Shown piece by piece: positions 7,971 through 16,180 of a stretch of 32,000 bases of DNA. Under the pieces are notes generated by a model, which ran no database searches, had not been told where the DNA came from, and was given only the letters and a program-made list of their open reading frames with translations. The stretch is from Staphylothermus marinus F1. GTDB lineage: Archaea; Thermoproteota; Thermoprotei_A; Sulfolobales; Desulfurococcaceae. The stretch lies in the NCBI RefSeq assembly GCF_000015945.1, contig NC_009033.1:780001-812000 (forward strand), in the 5' to 3' direction. The first letter of the stretch is position 1; the number at the start of each line of letters is the position of its first letter. Made by a program: the position numbers and the translations under genes.

Positions 7971-8555
7971 CTATTCTTCACCGCTTTTCTCATACCTCAT
8001 TATATCCTCTGGTTTTAGCAGGGATAACCAATCGATTCTCTGTTTAAACGGCTTAATATATCCTTTAATAATACCTATTATTTCCTCAACAACTTTCTCA
8101 GGTGTTTTATTAGAAGTATCTATTTCGAATACCTTGTCCTCGCCAAACCTGTTTATAGCGTTAGATACCACGATAGATAATATTTCAGCCATAACGTTTT
8201 CTCTAATCTTTCTCCAAGGCCAGCCCTTCTTCCTCAACCTTTCCTCTAATATAATAGGATTTGTTCTCAAAACGAAAACATATTCTACAATATTAGGAGG
8301 TAAGATCTCGGGATAATGTGTATCTATAATAACTATTTTATCGCTCTTCTCAACTAGTTCCAGTAATTTCTTGACAACTTTTTCTTCATCAATAACATAG
8401 CTTAGATGCATAGAATCATAGTCTATATATAACTTATTGTCTATAACATATCTGCTAACATCTACATGTACAGCATTTATTCTCTTCGATAATAATCTAG
8501 CAATTGTCGTCTTACCAGTCCCCGGAGTGCCAGCTATAATAACTACTCTCCCCAT
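7971..8555 (-). CDS. Fap7/AK6-type adenylate kinase-like NTPase (small-subunit rRNA maturation factor)
   Basis: P-loop GTPGTGKTT near the N-terminus. DTHYPEILP, VFVLRTNP..LEERL..KGW, IRENVMAEI. ~190 aa, typical of archaeal Fap7. Separated by 2 nt from the downstream GTPase gene. Confidence 0.75.
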   Translation of the reverse strand: MGRVVIIAGTPGTGKTTIARLLSKRINAVHVDVSRYVIDNKLYIDYDSMHLSYVIDEEKVVKKLLELVEKSDKIVIIDTHYPEILPPNIVEYVFVLRTNPIILEERLRKKGWPWRKIRENVMAEILSIVVSNAINRFGEDKVFEIDTSNKTPEKVVEEIIGIIKGYIKPFKQRIDWLSLLKPEDIMRYEKSGEE

Positions 8556-8615
8556 AACTTGTGCACCACTTATTAACTCAGCTCTGTTCTATAGATATCT
8601 TTAGGTGCTCAAAAT

Positions 8616-9638
8616 ATGTTGAGCATGTTTTCAAGAAACGATAAAGTATTAGTTATCGGTATAGGTGGTGGAGGAGATATAGTATCCGCGGCTGTAATAG
8701 CTTATATGTTGAGAAAACTAGGCGTTAAAACATATATTGGCAGTATTGTATGGGAGAGATTCGTATACGATCCTGTTCCTGGACCCATCCACTTAGATGA
8801 GATAAGAAAAATTAAACTTGTAGATAAGTATGCGGGAATAATTAATCAGGAATCATATGCTGTACGTCATGGTAGGAAAATTGTTTTCCAAGCAGTAAAT
8901 GTTTCTAAAGCACTTAACGAAGAAGTATTTGTTTTTGATCTATGGAGCGGTGTCCAGGGATACGTGGAGGGAGTTAGTAGAGTAGATGAAAAATATGGTA
9001 TAGACAAGATTGTAGGAGTAGATGTTGGAGGGGATGTTCTTGCAGAAGGATATGAAGACAACTTGTGGAGCCCCCTAGCAGACTCTATGGGTTTAGCAAT
9101 GCTTAACCATTTCAAAAACTCCTATCTAATAGTACATTCGCCAGGTAGTGATGGAGAATTAAGCCAAGAATATGTGTTGCAGAGGCTCAGCATGATTGCT
9201 TCAATGAAAGGCTACTATGGAGCCATGGGTCTTGAGCAAAGCGATATAATAGTTTTAGAGAAAATCCTCAAATACGCTAAAAGCGAAGCCAGCAGAGCCG
9301 CATTAATAGCCTTCCAAGGTTTCCAAGGAGACATGCCGATAAGGAAAAATACTAGGTCTATAAAAATTAATCTTATCAATACATTAATGTTCATGACTGA
9401 CCCCAGAATAACTTATGGTTTATCTAAGCCTGCACAATTAGTTAATAATACTTATTCTCTAGAAGAAGCTAATAATAAACTGAATAATGCAGGTATTTAT
9501 ACAGAGTATAATTTAGAAAAAGACATTCAAACTCTAAATGTTGATCCTCTAGAACTCTCAGGAGAAGAAATATTAAATATTAGGAGAAAAGGGATAAGAA
9601 GACTTAGAATGATGAACGACCAATCTACCGAGGAATAG
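8616..9638 (+). CDS. uncharacterised conserved protein, DUF1152-like
   Basis: 340 aa with GIGGGGDIVSA near the N-terminus and a second GVDVGGDVLAEG motif. Family recalled from memory. The start could be the ATG 3 codons downstream. Confidence 0.5.
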   Translation: MLSMFSRNDKVLVIGIGGGGDIVSAAVIAYMLRKLGVKTYIGSIVWERFVYDPVPGPIHLDEIRKIKLVDKYAGIINQESYAVRHGRKIVFQAVNVSKALNEEVFVFDLWSGVQGYVEGVSRVDEKYGIDKIVGVDVGGDVLAEGYEDNLWSPLADSMGLAMLNHFKNSYLIVHSPGSDGELSQEYVLQRLSMIASMKGYYGAMGLEQSDIIVLEKILKYAKSEASRAALIAFQGFQGDMPIRKNTRSIKINLINTLMFMTDPRITYGLSKPAQLVNNTYSLEEANNKLNNAGIYTEYNLEKDIQTLNVDPLELSGEEILNIRRKGIRRLRMMNDQSTEE

Positions 9639-9654
9639 ATGAAGATAAACGCCC

Positions 9655-10911
9655 TTACTGATTTCTTCTCCAAAACTCTTTAAACCAATAAAGATCTTTG
9701 AGTTCTCTAAACATGTAATTAAACATTACATGTTTTTCTAGAGCAGTTAGTGCTGGACATATATAACATCCGAGCCTATAGAATCCTTTTAAATATAAAG
9801 GATTCAGTGGTAGATCATATTTTAAATGATATAGTTGAACAAGGAATGTGCTCCACTGCTTAATAGGTGCTGCTTCTAGATATCCTTCTCTTTTACGAAC
9901 AGGAGGTTTTCTAGCTCTTAATACAGATTCGCTATCTCTATCACCTACGAGTACGAGAATTCGATCAAATCTTTTCTTATACCATTTAAGCCTCTTTTTG
10001 AAAGCATGAGTTTTTCTTAATGTGCACCATCGATTATTTTTTGTAGGTAATCCCTTCTTAGGCAATAATATATCTACATCAGCTCTCACAATATCTATTT
10101 CTAAACCAAGCATTGTACTTATTTCTTCAACATATTTCCTAGTATGGGGAAAATCAACACCTGTATCAACATATATGCCTCTAACCATATCTTCTCCATA
10201 ATGCATTTTAGCCATGTGTAGAACTACTAAACTATCCTTTCCACCACTAAAACTTACTAGAACAATATCTGGTTTACCAAGACTATCGAGAAATCTGCGG
10301 GCGACAAATAAGTTCATTAATAATGTATCATTGTTCTTTTTCAATATTTCATCTAGATCTATTGACTCATATACTTTATCTTTATACTTTATACTCTTCA
10401 GCATATAGCCTTTATCGGGCACAATTATTTTACCGTGAAGATATGGTCCATCATATACATAGTGTTCTCCAGCGAATCTCTTATTGATCAAAGCATTGAT
10501 CGGCGGGTTTAAACCAGTACTTAAAAGTAATTTGTGATAATCCTTGCCTAAAGCAAGCCAAACATCATATGCAGGCTTTATCTCGTATTGTTCAAGCATT
10601 TCACCTTTTAAGCCAAGCTTGTATGTGTTGTTCCATACTATATGGTTTCTAAGAAAAGCTCTACCTGTTTCTATAATTTTAGCTAATTTAAACTGTTGAC
10701 CTATAAGTTTGTGATCGAGCTGTATATGTACTGTTATTGGGTCGGTGAGCTGGATAGAGGTTTTCTCCCCGGTTGAAACCACTATATTATATGAGTTATT
10801 CTTTTGTTTTCTCGATAGATTAATCCATTTACCATAATATTTGTTCAGAGTTTTTCTTACATAATCCTCTATACTAGGATCCTTTACTACTACATTATAC
10901 ATCCAATACAT
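9655..10911 (-). CDS. PP-loop ATP pyrophosphatase of the PAPS-reductase family with a ~200-aa N-terminal extension
   Basis: SFSGGKDS PP-loop at ~residue 220. NNRWCT and a C-terminal LGCYICP cysteine pair. The N-terminal ~200 residues carry no motif I recognise. Confidence 0.7.
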   Translation of the reverse strand: MYWMYNVVVKDPSIEDYVRKTLNKYYGKWINLSRKQKNNSYNIVVSTGEKTSIQLTDPITVHIQLDHKLIGQQFKLAKIIETGRAFLRNHIVWNNTYKLGLKGEMLEQYEIKPAYDVWLALGKDYHKLLLSTGLNPPINALINKRFAGEHYVYDGPYLHGKIIVPDKGYMLKSIKYKDKVYESIDLDEILKKNNDTLLMNLFVARRFLDSLGKPDIVLVSFSGGKDSLVVLHMAKMHYGEDMVRGIYVDTGVDFPHTRKYVEEISTMLGLEIDIVRADVDILLPKKGLPTKNNRWCTLRKTHAFKKRLKWYKKRFDRILVLVGDRDSESVLRARKPPVRKREGYLEAAPIKQWSTFLVQLYHLKYDLPLNPLYLKGFYRLGCYICPALTALEKHVMFNYMFRELKDLYWFKEFWRRNQ

Positions 10912-11075
10912 ATATATTTTTACCTTCCATATCTCTATAATAAATAAACTGCTTTATCATTATGGTTGAAAATATTTATTGACTATTAAATATTATATTT
11001 CATACCACATGTATCTATACTAGGAGATATTAGCAAATAACAAGTTTATAGGCTTATAATGGAGGCGTATACTAT

Positions 11076-11393
11076 ATGAGTGAAGAACTAATTAGTAAGT
11101 TGGAAAACCTATTTAATGAGATGAAAGATTGGGAGCGTAGACCAGTTGTAAAATCAGGTAGAATAATTATTGAACTCGTTAAACTACCTGAAAAACAGAG
11201 TCGTTCATCAATTAAACCAGCAAGTTTAGCATTAATGATTCGTAGAGAAGATGCTTTTAGAGGAATAATTATTGAATCAGCTGAGGAAATAGATGATCTT
11301 AAGACAGCTATTAGTATTGAGAAAATAAGAGATCTTGCAAAAGCTATTAAAGAATTTAATAGGAAAAGAGCTATTAAAGAGTTTGAGATCTAA
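11076..11393 (+). CDS. hypothetical protein
   Basis: 105-aa charged, helical-looking ORF with its own upstream AT-rich region and GGAGG at 11062-11066. No recognisable motif. Confidence 0.45.
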   Translation: MSEELISKLENLFNEMKDWERRPVVKSGRIIIELVKLPEKQSRSSIKPASLALMIRREDAFRGIIIESAEEIDDLKTAISIEKIRDLAKAIKEFNRKRAIKEFEI

Positions 11394-11514
11394 CTGTATT
11401 TTTATTGATTAAATTTATAATATTATAGTGGGATAGGAAAAAATATAAATCATGAGAACTAACTATGTGGTAAGACTACCTAGGCTTGTTTATCTATATG
11501 TGATGGTGATCTAG

Positions 11515-13209
11515 TTGACTCTTCAAATAACCAAACATATTGGTGAAATCTCCTATAAGCTTCCCAAGGTTAGGGAAGGAGAAGAATTACTAACTATTAC
11601 TCAGAGTGTTTGCCCATATTGTTACCGGATATTACCTTCAATAGTTGTAGAGCGTAATGGAAAAGTATATATTAGGAGAGTTTGCCCAGAACATGGTGAG
11701 ATCGAGGAACTATATTATGGAGACGTAGAAATCTATAAGAAAATGATTAAGTGGGATGAAGAAGGCAGAGGAGCTAGACATATCTATACACCTGTAACGC
11801 GTCCATGCCCATTCAATTGTGGATTATGTCCTATGCATAAACAACACAGTGCACTAGTAAATATTGTATTAACTAATAGATGCAATCTTAGCTGTTGGTA
11901 TTGTTTCTTCTATGCAGAAGCTGCTGGATACGTGTATGAACCAACAATAGAACAGATAGTGTCAATGATTAGACAAATAAAGAAGCAAGGCGTTGCAGTT
12001 AATGTTCAGTTAACAGGTGGAGAACCAACTCTCAGAGAAGACCTTATCGATATTGTTAAAGCCTTAAAAGCTGAGGGGGTAAGGCATCTCCAATTAAACA
12101 CTAATGGTATAAAATTCTCTGAGCTATACTGGGAGGATCCAGTTAAAGCAATAGAGTATGCTAGAGCTCTTAGAACAAGTGGTGTGAATACAGTTTATCT
12201 AAGCTTCGATGGCGTATCTCCTATTACTAACTGGAAGAATCACTGGGAAATACCATATATTTTCGAAGTATTCAGAAAGGCTAAGATGACTAGCGTAGTA
12301 TTAGTTCCAACAGTGATAAATAATGTAAACACACATGAAGTGGGAGCAATAGTGAGATTTGCCGCGAAACACGTTGACATTGTAAGAGCTGTTAACTTCC
12401 AACCAGTCAGCCTCACCGGTATGATGAAGAAACATGAAAGAGCTAAGTTTAGAATCACGATCCCTGATGTTATAAAGCTTATTGAAGAACAAACAGATGG
12501 AGAAGTACCTAGGGAAGCTTGGTTCCCAATACCTGTTAGTGCGATCTTTTCAAGATTCATTGAAGCATTTGCTAAAGAATTCAAGTTTGAAATGGCTAAT
12601 CATCCGATGTGTGGAGCCGGCACTTATGTATATGTTGAGCGCAGAAGCGATGGAACAACAAGATTAGTGCCCATAACAAATTTTGTAGATGTTGAAGGTT
12701 TCCTAGAATACTTGAAGTATAAATGGGAAGACTTATTATATGGTTCAACAAGGCTCATGGTAGGTATGAAAATACTATATAGCATTCGTAAATTCATTGA
12801 TCAAAAGAGGGCGCCAGAAGGATTTGATCTCTATAAATTATTGCTGAATATAATTATTAGGAGAAACTATGAAGCTCTAGGAGAACTACACTATAAGATG
12901 GTGTTTCTTGGAATGATGCATTTCATGGATCTATACAATTACGATATACAGCGTGTACAGAGATGCAACATCCACTATGCAGCACCAGATGGAAGATTAA
13001 TACCGTTCTGTGCATTCAACATATTCGAAGACATATATAGAGATAAAACACAGAGAGAATACGGAATACCATTAGAGGAATATAGTAAGAAATATGGATT
13101 GCCACCAAAAGTCGTCACAAAGAAATATATTAGAAATAGAAGACTATTAGAATCAACCGAGATATATAAGAAAACCTATGAAGGAATAATAGAATTAACT
13201 AAAAGATAA
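11515..13209 (+). CDS. radical SAM protein, probable tetraether lipid synthase (Tes / GDGT-MAS) family
   Basis: CNLSCWYCF is a CxxxCxxC radical-SAM cluster motif. It is preceded by CPFNCGLCPMHKQH and an N-terminal 4-Cys/His ribbon (CPYC...CPEHG). 564 aa. TTG start with GGTGATC just upstream. The family call is from remembered similarity to MJ0619-type proteins. Confidence 0.75.
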   Translation: MTLQITKHIGEISYKLPKVREGEELLTITQSVCPYCYRILPSIVVERNGKVYIRRVCPEHGEIEELYYGDVEIYKKMIKWDEEGRGARHIYTPVTRPCPFNCGLCPMHKQHSALVNIVLTNRCNLSCWYCFFYAEAAGYVYEPTIEQIVSMIRQIKKQGVAVNVQLTGGEPTLREDLIDIVKALKAEGVRHLQLNTNGIKFSELYWEDPVKAIEYARALRTSGVNTVYLSFDGVSPITNWKNHWEIPYIFEVFRKAKMTSVVLVPTVINNVNTHEVGAIVRFAAKHVDIVRAVNFQPVSLTGMMKKHERAKFRITIPDVIKLIEEQTDGEVPREAWFPIPVSAIFSRFIEAFAKEFKFEMANHPMCGAGTYVYVERRSDGTTRLVPITNFVDVEGFLEYLKYKWEDLLYGSTRLMVGMKILYSIRKFIDQKRAPEGFDLYKLLLNIIIRRNYEALGELHYKMVFLGMMHFMDLYNYDIQRVQRCNIHYAAPDGRLIPFCAFNIFEDIYRDKTQREYGIPLEEYSKKYGLPPKVVTKKYIRNRRLLESTEIYKKTYEGIIELTKR

Positions 13210-13226
13210 GTTTTTAAAATTAAATT

Positions 13227-13274
13227 CTTCTCCTAAACAAAACTTCTCCTAAATAATAAATCCTAAATAATAAA
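13227..13274. repeat. short direct/tandem repeats (CTTCTCCTAAA x2; TCCTAAATAATAAA x2 in perfect tandem)
   Basis: CTTCTCCTAAA at 13227-13237 and 13243-13253. TCCTAAATAATAAA at 13247-13260 and 13261-13274. Located between the radical-SAM stop and tRNA-Gln. Confidence 0.85.
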
Positions 13275-13315
13275 GATTTAAAACGGCCAAAAACACCAAT
13301 ACATTAAATAGAAGT

Positions 13316-13417
13316 AGCCGGGTCGTCTAGCGGCCAAGGATGCGGGGCTTTGGATCACCCGCTCAACGGGTGAGGAGAACCCCCGTGACCGGGGTTCGAA
13401 TCCCCGCCCGGCTACCA
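13316..13417 (+). tRNA. tRNA-Gln (anticodon TTG) with a 26-nt intron after position 37; CCA encoded
   Basis: Acceptor AGCCGGG/CCCGGCT. T-arm CGGGG-TTCGAAT-CCCCG. Anticodon stem CGGGG/CCCCG is interrupted by 13354-13379. The intron contains the hairpin TCACCCG-CTCAA-CGGGTGA. Anticodon at 13350-13352. Confidence 0.85.
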
Positions 13418-13527
13418 CTTTTAACTTTCATCAAAGTTTTCAATAACTCCATTGTCCTCTATCCATTATTCACGAAAGATTAGCTTTATATTACAGTTTT
13501 AACTGTTATAGTTTCTAGAAGGGTTAT

Positions 13528-13601
13528 GGGCCCGTAGCTCAGCCTGGTAGAGCGGCGGGCTTTTAACCCGTAGGTCCCGGGTTCAAATCCCGGCGGGCCC
13601 G
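13528..13601 (+). tRNA. tRNA-Lys (anticodon TTT)
   Basis: Acceptor GGGCCCG/CGGGCCC. D-arm GCTC-AGCCTGGTA-GAGC. Anticodon loop CTTTTAA. T-arm CCGGG-TTCAAAT-CCCGG. CCA not encoded. TATA-like CTTTATATTA lies ~40 nt upstream. Confidence 0.9.
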
Positions 13602-13604
13602 CTT

Positions 13605-14180
13605 CTATAAATTTTTTCTAAGTATAAGTCTTGAAAGCTGTGATGCTATGTGATCAGCTATTCTTAATGGTTCAGGTATAGGGCTATAAATCATTGTTTG
13701 TAGGAGTAGTTTAGATGCCTCTTTTGGATTTATTCCATATGGAGAAAACTCTATTGTTTTCCATCTTGTACTCAGAGGATACATGTTCCTATATATTTTG
13801 CTGATTACTTTGTATCTCTTAGACCAGTCTAGAAAATGTTTTTTGAGGGAATACTTTATTCTCTCAAGATCTAATGGGTATTGTTGAACAGTTATTACAG
13901 GTATCTGTGTTTCTTCATGTATTTGTAGCGCATCGGCTACATCGAATCCTGCATAAGTTATTCCATCGAGTAGGATTACTTTGCAAGGCTTCAATAATTT
14001 TACTAGATCTATTATCGTAGGTGTTGTTTCTCTTCCATCAATAATTACTCGTTTAAAAGCTATTCTTACAATGAAAGAGTTATTTCTAGTTTTAATACAT
14101 GCGAGAATTGTTCTCCCCTTTCCTCCTTTGAAAAACTGTGGAAAATATCCGTCATCGCATGCTATTATTGTGTTTTTCAT
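13605..14180 (-). CDS. DUF99/UPF0215-family protein (endonuclease V-like fold)
   Basis: 191 aa. N-terminal IIACDDGYF resembles the (V/I)IG(F/I)DDG.F start of UPF0215 proteins. Its ATG overlaps the cdc6 stop (ATGA at 14177-14180). Confidence 0.55.
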   Translation of the reverse strand: MKNTIIACDDGYFPQFFKGGKGRTILACIKTRNNSFIVRIAFKRVIIDGRETTPTIIDLVKLLKPCKVILLDGITYAGFDVADALQIHEETQIPVITVQQYPLDLERIKYSLKKHFLDWSKRYKVISKIYRNMYPLSTRWKTIEFSPYGINPKEASKLLLQTMIYSPIPEPLRIADHIASQLSRLILRKNL

Positions 14181-15358
14181 AATTTGATTGCTCCTTCAAT
14201 AATGTCTAAAAGCTCTGAATTTATCTTGATAAGTTTTGTTTTTCCATGCCTACCTCTACTGACAACTACGGCATTTATTAAGCCTATCATGTCCAGCTGT
14301 GTTATTATCTCACTTATTCTTCTCTGTGTTAATGGCTCTATTCCATATTCTAATGCGATCTTGAAATATTTATTGTATACTTCGCCGGTAGTACTTGTTC
14401 CCTTTTCTTTCATTAACTCTATTATTGCCTTCAACACTAGTTTGGGGTGCAGAGGAAGAGTTGATGCTGCCTGATATATTCTCCCCTCTTCGAGCTCTAT
14501 TTGTGCTTTCTTAACATGTTCGATGGTTACAACATTGGCTCCTTCACGCTCAGCTATTTCTCCAGCAACTCTTAGTAGATCAAGCGCTCTTCTAGCATCA
14601 CCATGTTCTCTCGCGGCTAACGCTGCACAGTAGGATATTATTCTTGAAGAAACCACTCCGGGATAGAATGCTTTGTCGGCTCTCTGCTTTAATATATCAT
14701 ATAGTTGTTCTGCATCATAGGGTGGAAAAACTATTTCTTCTTCTCCCAAACTGCTTCTAACACGTGGATCAAGATTTTCCACGAAGTTTATATCATTTGT
14801 TATGCCTATTATTGCAACACGCGCTTTTTCGAGTTCTTCATTTATTCTTACAAGCTTATATAATAGATCGTCTCCTTCTCGCTTAACATAGTAGTCTATT
14901 TCATCCAGTACAACAATGTGTAGTCCGCCCCAGTTTTCCAATGCTTTAATATATCTGCGGTAAACCTCGCTAATCGCTATACCTGTTGATGGTATGCGTA
15001 GTCCTAGTGAGGAAGCAATAGATGCTATTACTCTATATGTTGTATCTACTTTTCTCGTGTTAACATATGCATGTAATAGTCTTGCATTGAGTGTTGGTGC
15101 TTTCTCAGCTAATCTCTTAGTCACGTATTTAGCAACAGCTGTTTTACCTGTTCCTGTCAAACCATATATGAGCACATTGCTTGGTCTCTCACCTTTAAGT
15201 GCTACAACTAGTATTTCAGCTAGTTTCCTAATCTCTTTTTCACGGTGTGGAAGTGTTTCTGGGATATAGTCCGGGTGAAGTATTTCTTTGTTCATAAATA
15301 TCTTGCTTTTCTTCTTCAATCTAGACTCTATTATTTCATCTATTATGTCGCTAACCAT
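14177..15358 (-). CDS. cdc6: Orc1/Cdc6 replication initiator
   Basis: AAA+ Walker A (GLTGTGKTA), Walker B (VVLDEID), sensor regions and a C-terminal winged helix. N-terminal YIPETLPHREKEI is typical of archaeal Orc1. GAGGTG lies 5 nt upstream of the ATG. Confidence 0.9.
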   Translation of the reverse strand: MVSDIIDEIIESRLKKKSKIFMNKEILHPDYIPETLPHREKEIRKLAEILVVALKGERPSNVLIYGLTGTGKTAVAKYVTKRLAEKAPTLNARLLHAYVNTRKVDTTYRVIASIASSLGLRIPSTGIAISEVYRRYIKALENWGGLHIVVLDEIDYYVKREGDDLLYKLVRINEELEKARVAIIGITNDINFVENLDPRVRSSLGEEEIVFPPYDAEQLYDILKQRADKAFYPGVVSSRIISYCAALAAREHGDARRALDLLRVAGEIAEREGANVVTIEHVKKAQIELEEGRIYQAASTLPLHPKLVLKAIIELMKEKGTSTTGEVYNKYFKIALEYGIEPLTQRRISEIITQLDMIGLINAVVVSRGRHGKTKLIKINSELLDIIEGAIKL

Positions 15359-15372
15359 TAAAACACCTCATA

Positions 15373-15466
15373 AACTCCAATGAAAGAACTCCAGTTTCGA
15401 ATGGAAACATATTCATAGAATATGGTTATAGAGAGAAATATATAAAACAATATGTTTCATGAAAAC
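15373..15466. promoter_or_regulatory. ORB-like repeat cluster / candidate Orc1-binding or origin element in the cdc6-HAD divergent intergenic region
   Basis: AACTCCA x2 (15373, 15387). CTCCAG...TGGAAAC halves. Imperfect ~20-nt inverted repeat GTTTCGAATGGAAACATATT (15394-15413) / AATATGTTTCATGAAAAC (15449-15466), with a perfect 10-nt core (15404-13 vs 15449-58). The repeat flanks a 35-bp AT-rich segment containing TATATAAAA. Confidence 0.35.
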
Positions 15467-15496
15467 CATATAAGCGGGATTCATAGGAGATGCTTA

Positions 15497-16165
15497 ATGA
15501 CTAGTACTGAAGTAGTAAAAGCAGTATTATTCGATATGGATGGCACAATCATTAATAGTGTAGAATTAATAGCGGAATGCTGGTCTAAAGCTTTCAAGAA
15601 ACATGGAATAAGAATAGAGCCTCAAGACATATATAGAGTTGTAGGATTGCCGGCTGATACTATTTTAGAAAAATATACTGGAACAAAAAATCCTCGTTTA
15701 CATAACTCTATACTGGAACAAGCTAGAAAATGTTTTGAAGAAAAAATGAATCCAAATACTCTCCTATACAATGATGTATTAGAAACTATTAAACAATTAA
15801 GAGAAAACAATAAACTATGTGGAATAGTTACTTCATCTTCATGTAAAAGAACAATTGAACTTCTCGAAAAACTCGATATCATAGAATACTTTGATACGAT
15901 TCAATGTTACCAGGGAAAGCTTAGAGGAAAACCATATCCTGATCTACTATTATCCGCGTTGAATAAACTAGGCATTAAACCTAGTCAAGCCATTTATGTT
16001 GGAGATTCATATATTGATTATTTAACCGCAAGAAACACGGGAGTATTATTTGTTTTGGTAAAAAGGAGTTGGAATACACATATCGTTGATAAATGTTCTG
16101 AAAAATGTATTGTAATAAGTGATCTTAGAGAAATAAGTAATTTAATAACAAATAAAATCAAGTAA
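15497..16165 (+). CDS. HAD-superfamily hydrolase (phosphatase / beta-phosphoglucomutase-like subfamily IA)
   Basis: Motif I FDMDGT, motif II VTSS, motif III/IV K...GDSYID. Start moved from 15452 to ATG 15497, which places DxDGT near the N-terminus and has AGGAG 7 nt upstream. Confidence 0.8.
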   Translation: MTSTEVVKAVLFDMDGTIINSVELIAECWSKAFKKHGIRIEPQDIYRVVGLPADTILEKYTGTKNPRLHNSILEQARKCFEEKMNPNTLLYNDVLETIKQLRENNKLCGIVTSSSCKRTIELLEKLDIIEYFDTIQCYQGKLRGKPYPDLLLSALNKLGIKPSQAIYVGDSYIDYLTARNTGVLFVLVKRSWNTHIVDKCSEKCIVISDLREISNLITNKIK

Positions 16166-16180
16166 TTAAGGGCTCTCTCG

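Noticed and set aside
12240-12667. Three short ORFs (61-114 aa) inside or antisense to the radical-SAM gene
   Set aside because: They are nested within a long, motif-rich CDS and look like frame shadows.
14184-15269. + strand ORFs (96 and 91 aa) antisense to orc1/cdc6, plus similar antisense ORFs in the E1, GNAT, HAD, rpoB, rpoA1 and rpoA2 genes
   Set aside because: All lie within strongly supported CDSs on the other strand and have low-complexity translations.
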